NCBI GenBank assembly: GCA_963768425.1
Contig: CAVYHV010000030.1
Span: 64,001 to 128,000 of the forward strand
DNA: 64,000 bases
From: Candidatus Bathyarchaeota archaeon
GTDB taxonomy: Archaea; Thermoproteota; Bathyarchaeia; Bathyarchaeales; Bathycorpusculaceae
Reading direction: 5' to 3'
Every line of letters begins with the position of its first letter. Within the stretch, counting starts at the first letter, position 1. A program made the translations under genes and the position numbers. A model generated the notes under the pieces. It made no database searches, had not been told where the DNA came from, and worked only from the letters and a program-made list of their open reading frames with translations. This document shows, piece after piece, positions 62,198-64,000 of this stretch.

Positions 62198-62995
62198 GCA
62201 TTTCCCACAATATTGAACTTAACCTTTCCTCAGGCAACATAGTGCGTTGCCTCAGAATCAACTGGTCAAAATCGGTTTGGTGACCGTCAAATTCTGGTCC
62301 GTCAACGCAGCCGAACAGCATTTTGCCGCCGACTGTGACTCGGCATACCCCACACATGCCCATGCCGTCAATCATTATTGGTGTTAAGGTTACGATTGTC
62401 GGTATGCCATAGGGTTTGGTGATTTCGCTGACATCCTTCATGAGGATTACCGGACCCATTACTACGCAGCGGTCAAACTTTTCTTTTTTAAGTAAGTCTT
62501 TGAGGAAATCTAACCCTTTGTAACCGACTGATCCGTCGTCCGTTGCAAGATAAACTTTGTCACTGTAACGCTTCGCTTCGTCCTCCATCATTATGAACTC
62601 TTTTGTTCGTGCACCAAGAATCGTCGTTACGTTGTTACCTGCAGCCTTCATCGCTTTAGCTTGCAGCAGCAAAGGTGCAATCATTACGCTTCCGCCTACG
62701 CAGAGAACTTTCCGAAGTTTTTCACTTCAGATGGGTTGCCAAGTGGGCCTGTGATGTTGTCGATGCTTTCGCCTTGGTTTAGTAATCCAAGCGCTTTTGT
62801 GGTTTTGCCGACTTCATGGAACGCAAATGATACGGTTCCTTTCGCGGTGTCGTATCCAGAGATTGTCAGAGGTATTCTTTCGCCTTCTTTGCCGTTTATG
62901 ACTATTAAGAATTGTCCAGCTTGCGATTTAGCTGCTACGTCTGGAGCTTCAACTTCAAACATTTTTATTTTCGGCGCAAGTTCTTTTTTAGTCAC
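62169..62995 (-). CDS. sudB: SudB/NfnA (PyrK-like) FAD/[2Fe-2S] subunit, split by an indel near 62700
   Basis: GERIPLTI, GPLGNP, M.DG.GMCGVCRVTVGG..CVDGPEFDGH. Confidence 0.9.
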
Positions 62996-64000
62996 TATTT
63001 TGTACGTTTTGCTGTCGCCTCCACGGTTATTTCACATTTTGGCAATGCACAGATCTTTTTGTAGAAATCATCCAGTTTCTGACTGAACTCGTCAGCACAC
63101 CTGGGTGACTCCTCATAAATCGTGAATCGCTCAAGCAGATTGTTCTTCTTCAACACGGTAAACAGTGCGGCCAAGTTGCGCTCTGCAGTGGCTCTTCCTT
63201 CTTGAAGCTTACAGTCTTGTGCTGAGCACACGACCGCCATTACGCCGTCGAAACCGCAGTTTAATGCATTGACCACGTGTACTGGGTCTAAAGACTTGAA
63301 GCAGGGAACTTCGAGAGTTAACACGTTTTTTCCTGCAAACACAGTGTTAGGGTTGTCTAACGCTGAGAAGTTTGACCATTGACAGACGAATGCAAGAATT
63401 GCTGGACCTTGGTTTTGAGATTTCAACTTTGCAAGTGAATCAGCGTAGCGGTCAACAACGTTTTCAAACTCGAAGCCTTTAACTTCGATAGCGTGATGTG
63501 GACAAACCAGTTGGCATGCGCCGCAGCCGACACATTTTTCCTCGTTTATTTTCGGAGTGGCAAATGGTTCGAACTCTATTGCTTTGTATGGGCAGATGAA
63601 AATGCATTTGTCGCAGCCGACGCATTTCTGCACATCGTAAACTGCTTTGCGAGAGAACTTTACAACCTTAACTGCATTGTCGTCGAAGCCTAACTGTTTC
63701 AGAACGTCTTTTGCTAAGACAAGCCGGCGATTATTAATTTTTGCGCCTTCTTTATTTCGGCAGAACAGATCTTCACATTGAACCGAAACAATATTTTTTA
63801 CGCCTAAATTCAGGGCTTCAAAAACAAAATCAGTAGGGACTCTTCCTGCACACGGCAAACGCAGTGCAATATAGTTGCCAACTTTTAATCCCTGCTCCTT
63901 AAAGATGTCTTGAACTTCGCCTGTTGACGGTGAGTTTCCTCGACACATCAGGACAAGGGTGTCGACGTTTTTGGTTTTTTCAAGTGCCTGTTCAACAAAG
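62995..64000 (-). CDS. MvhD/FlpD-like iron-sulfur protein with two MvhD-like domains around a 2x[4Fe-4S] ferredoxin (5' end outside window)
   Basis: RLPCAGRV, CVGCDKCIFICP, CVGCGACQLVCP, FVCQWS, VPC, GFDGV..C...DC..EG. Confidence 0.85.
   Translation of the reverse strand, partial: FVEQALEKTKNVDTLVLMCRGNSPSTGEVQDIFKEQGLKVGNYIALRLPCAGRVPTDFVFEALNLGVKNIVSVQCEDLFCRNKEGAKINNRRLVLAKDVLKQLGFDDNAVKVVKFSRKAVYDVQKCVGCDKCIFICPYKAIEFEPFATPKINEEKCVGCGACQLVCPHHAIEVKGFEFENVVDRYADSLAKLKSQNQGPAILAFVCQWSNFSALDNPNTVFAGKNVLTLEVPCFKSLDPVHVVNALNCGFDGVMAVVCSAQDCKLQEGRATAERNLAALFTVLKKNNLLERFTIYEESPRCADEFSQKLDDFYKKICALPKCEITVEATAKRTK

Noticed and set aside
468-63693. Numerous short ORFs antisense to or overlapping confident genes (e.g. 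7247..7645, 30880..31215, 55750..56328, 53400..53885)
   Set aside because: Shadow frames of real genes, with no motifs or independent signals.

Overview
Archaeal chromosomal DNA. Gene content (form III RuBisCO AMP pathway, NfnAB, MvhD fusion, PEF-type surface proteins) and the integrase type point to Bathyarchaeia; this lineage call is inference. The window has three accessory zones. (1) About 1.7-12.8 kb: integrase-free gene modules separated by a ladder of degenerate tRNA-Leu 3'-end scars. An orphan terminase pair follows, lying between tRNA-Leu(TAG) and tRNA-Thr(GGT). (2) About 15.8-23.7 kb: a tRNA-Thr island with toxin-antitoxin pairs. (3) About 32.0-55.4 kb: a 23.4-kb composite island bounded by a perfect 17-bp direct repeat (TTAAAATCTTTAACTAT) that separates rbcL/R15P isomerase from AMP phosphorylase. 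This island is a tandem stack of elements sharing one att core: a CAATTG-rich virus-like element, two closely related tyrosine recombinases, and an integron-like run of surface-protein genes. Five of those genes are preceded by the same triple-box repeat (AGTCAA-N6-TTGACT-N6-AGTCAA) exactly 19 nt before a TATA box. One copy of the repeat is interrupted by an IS110/IS1111 element whose non-coding end carries readable bridge-RNA guides matching both the repeat and the element's own ends. Many genes are split by single-base indels, probably assembly errors.
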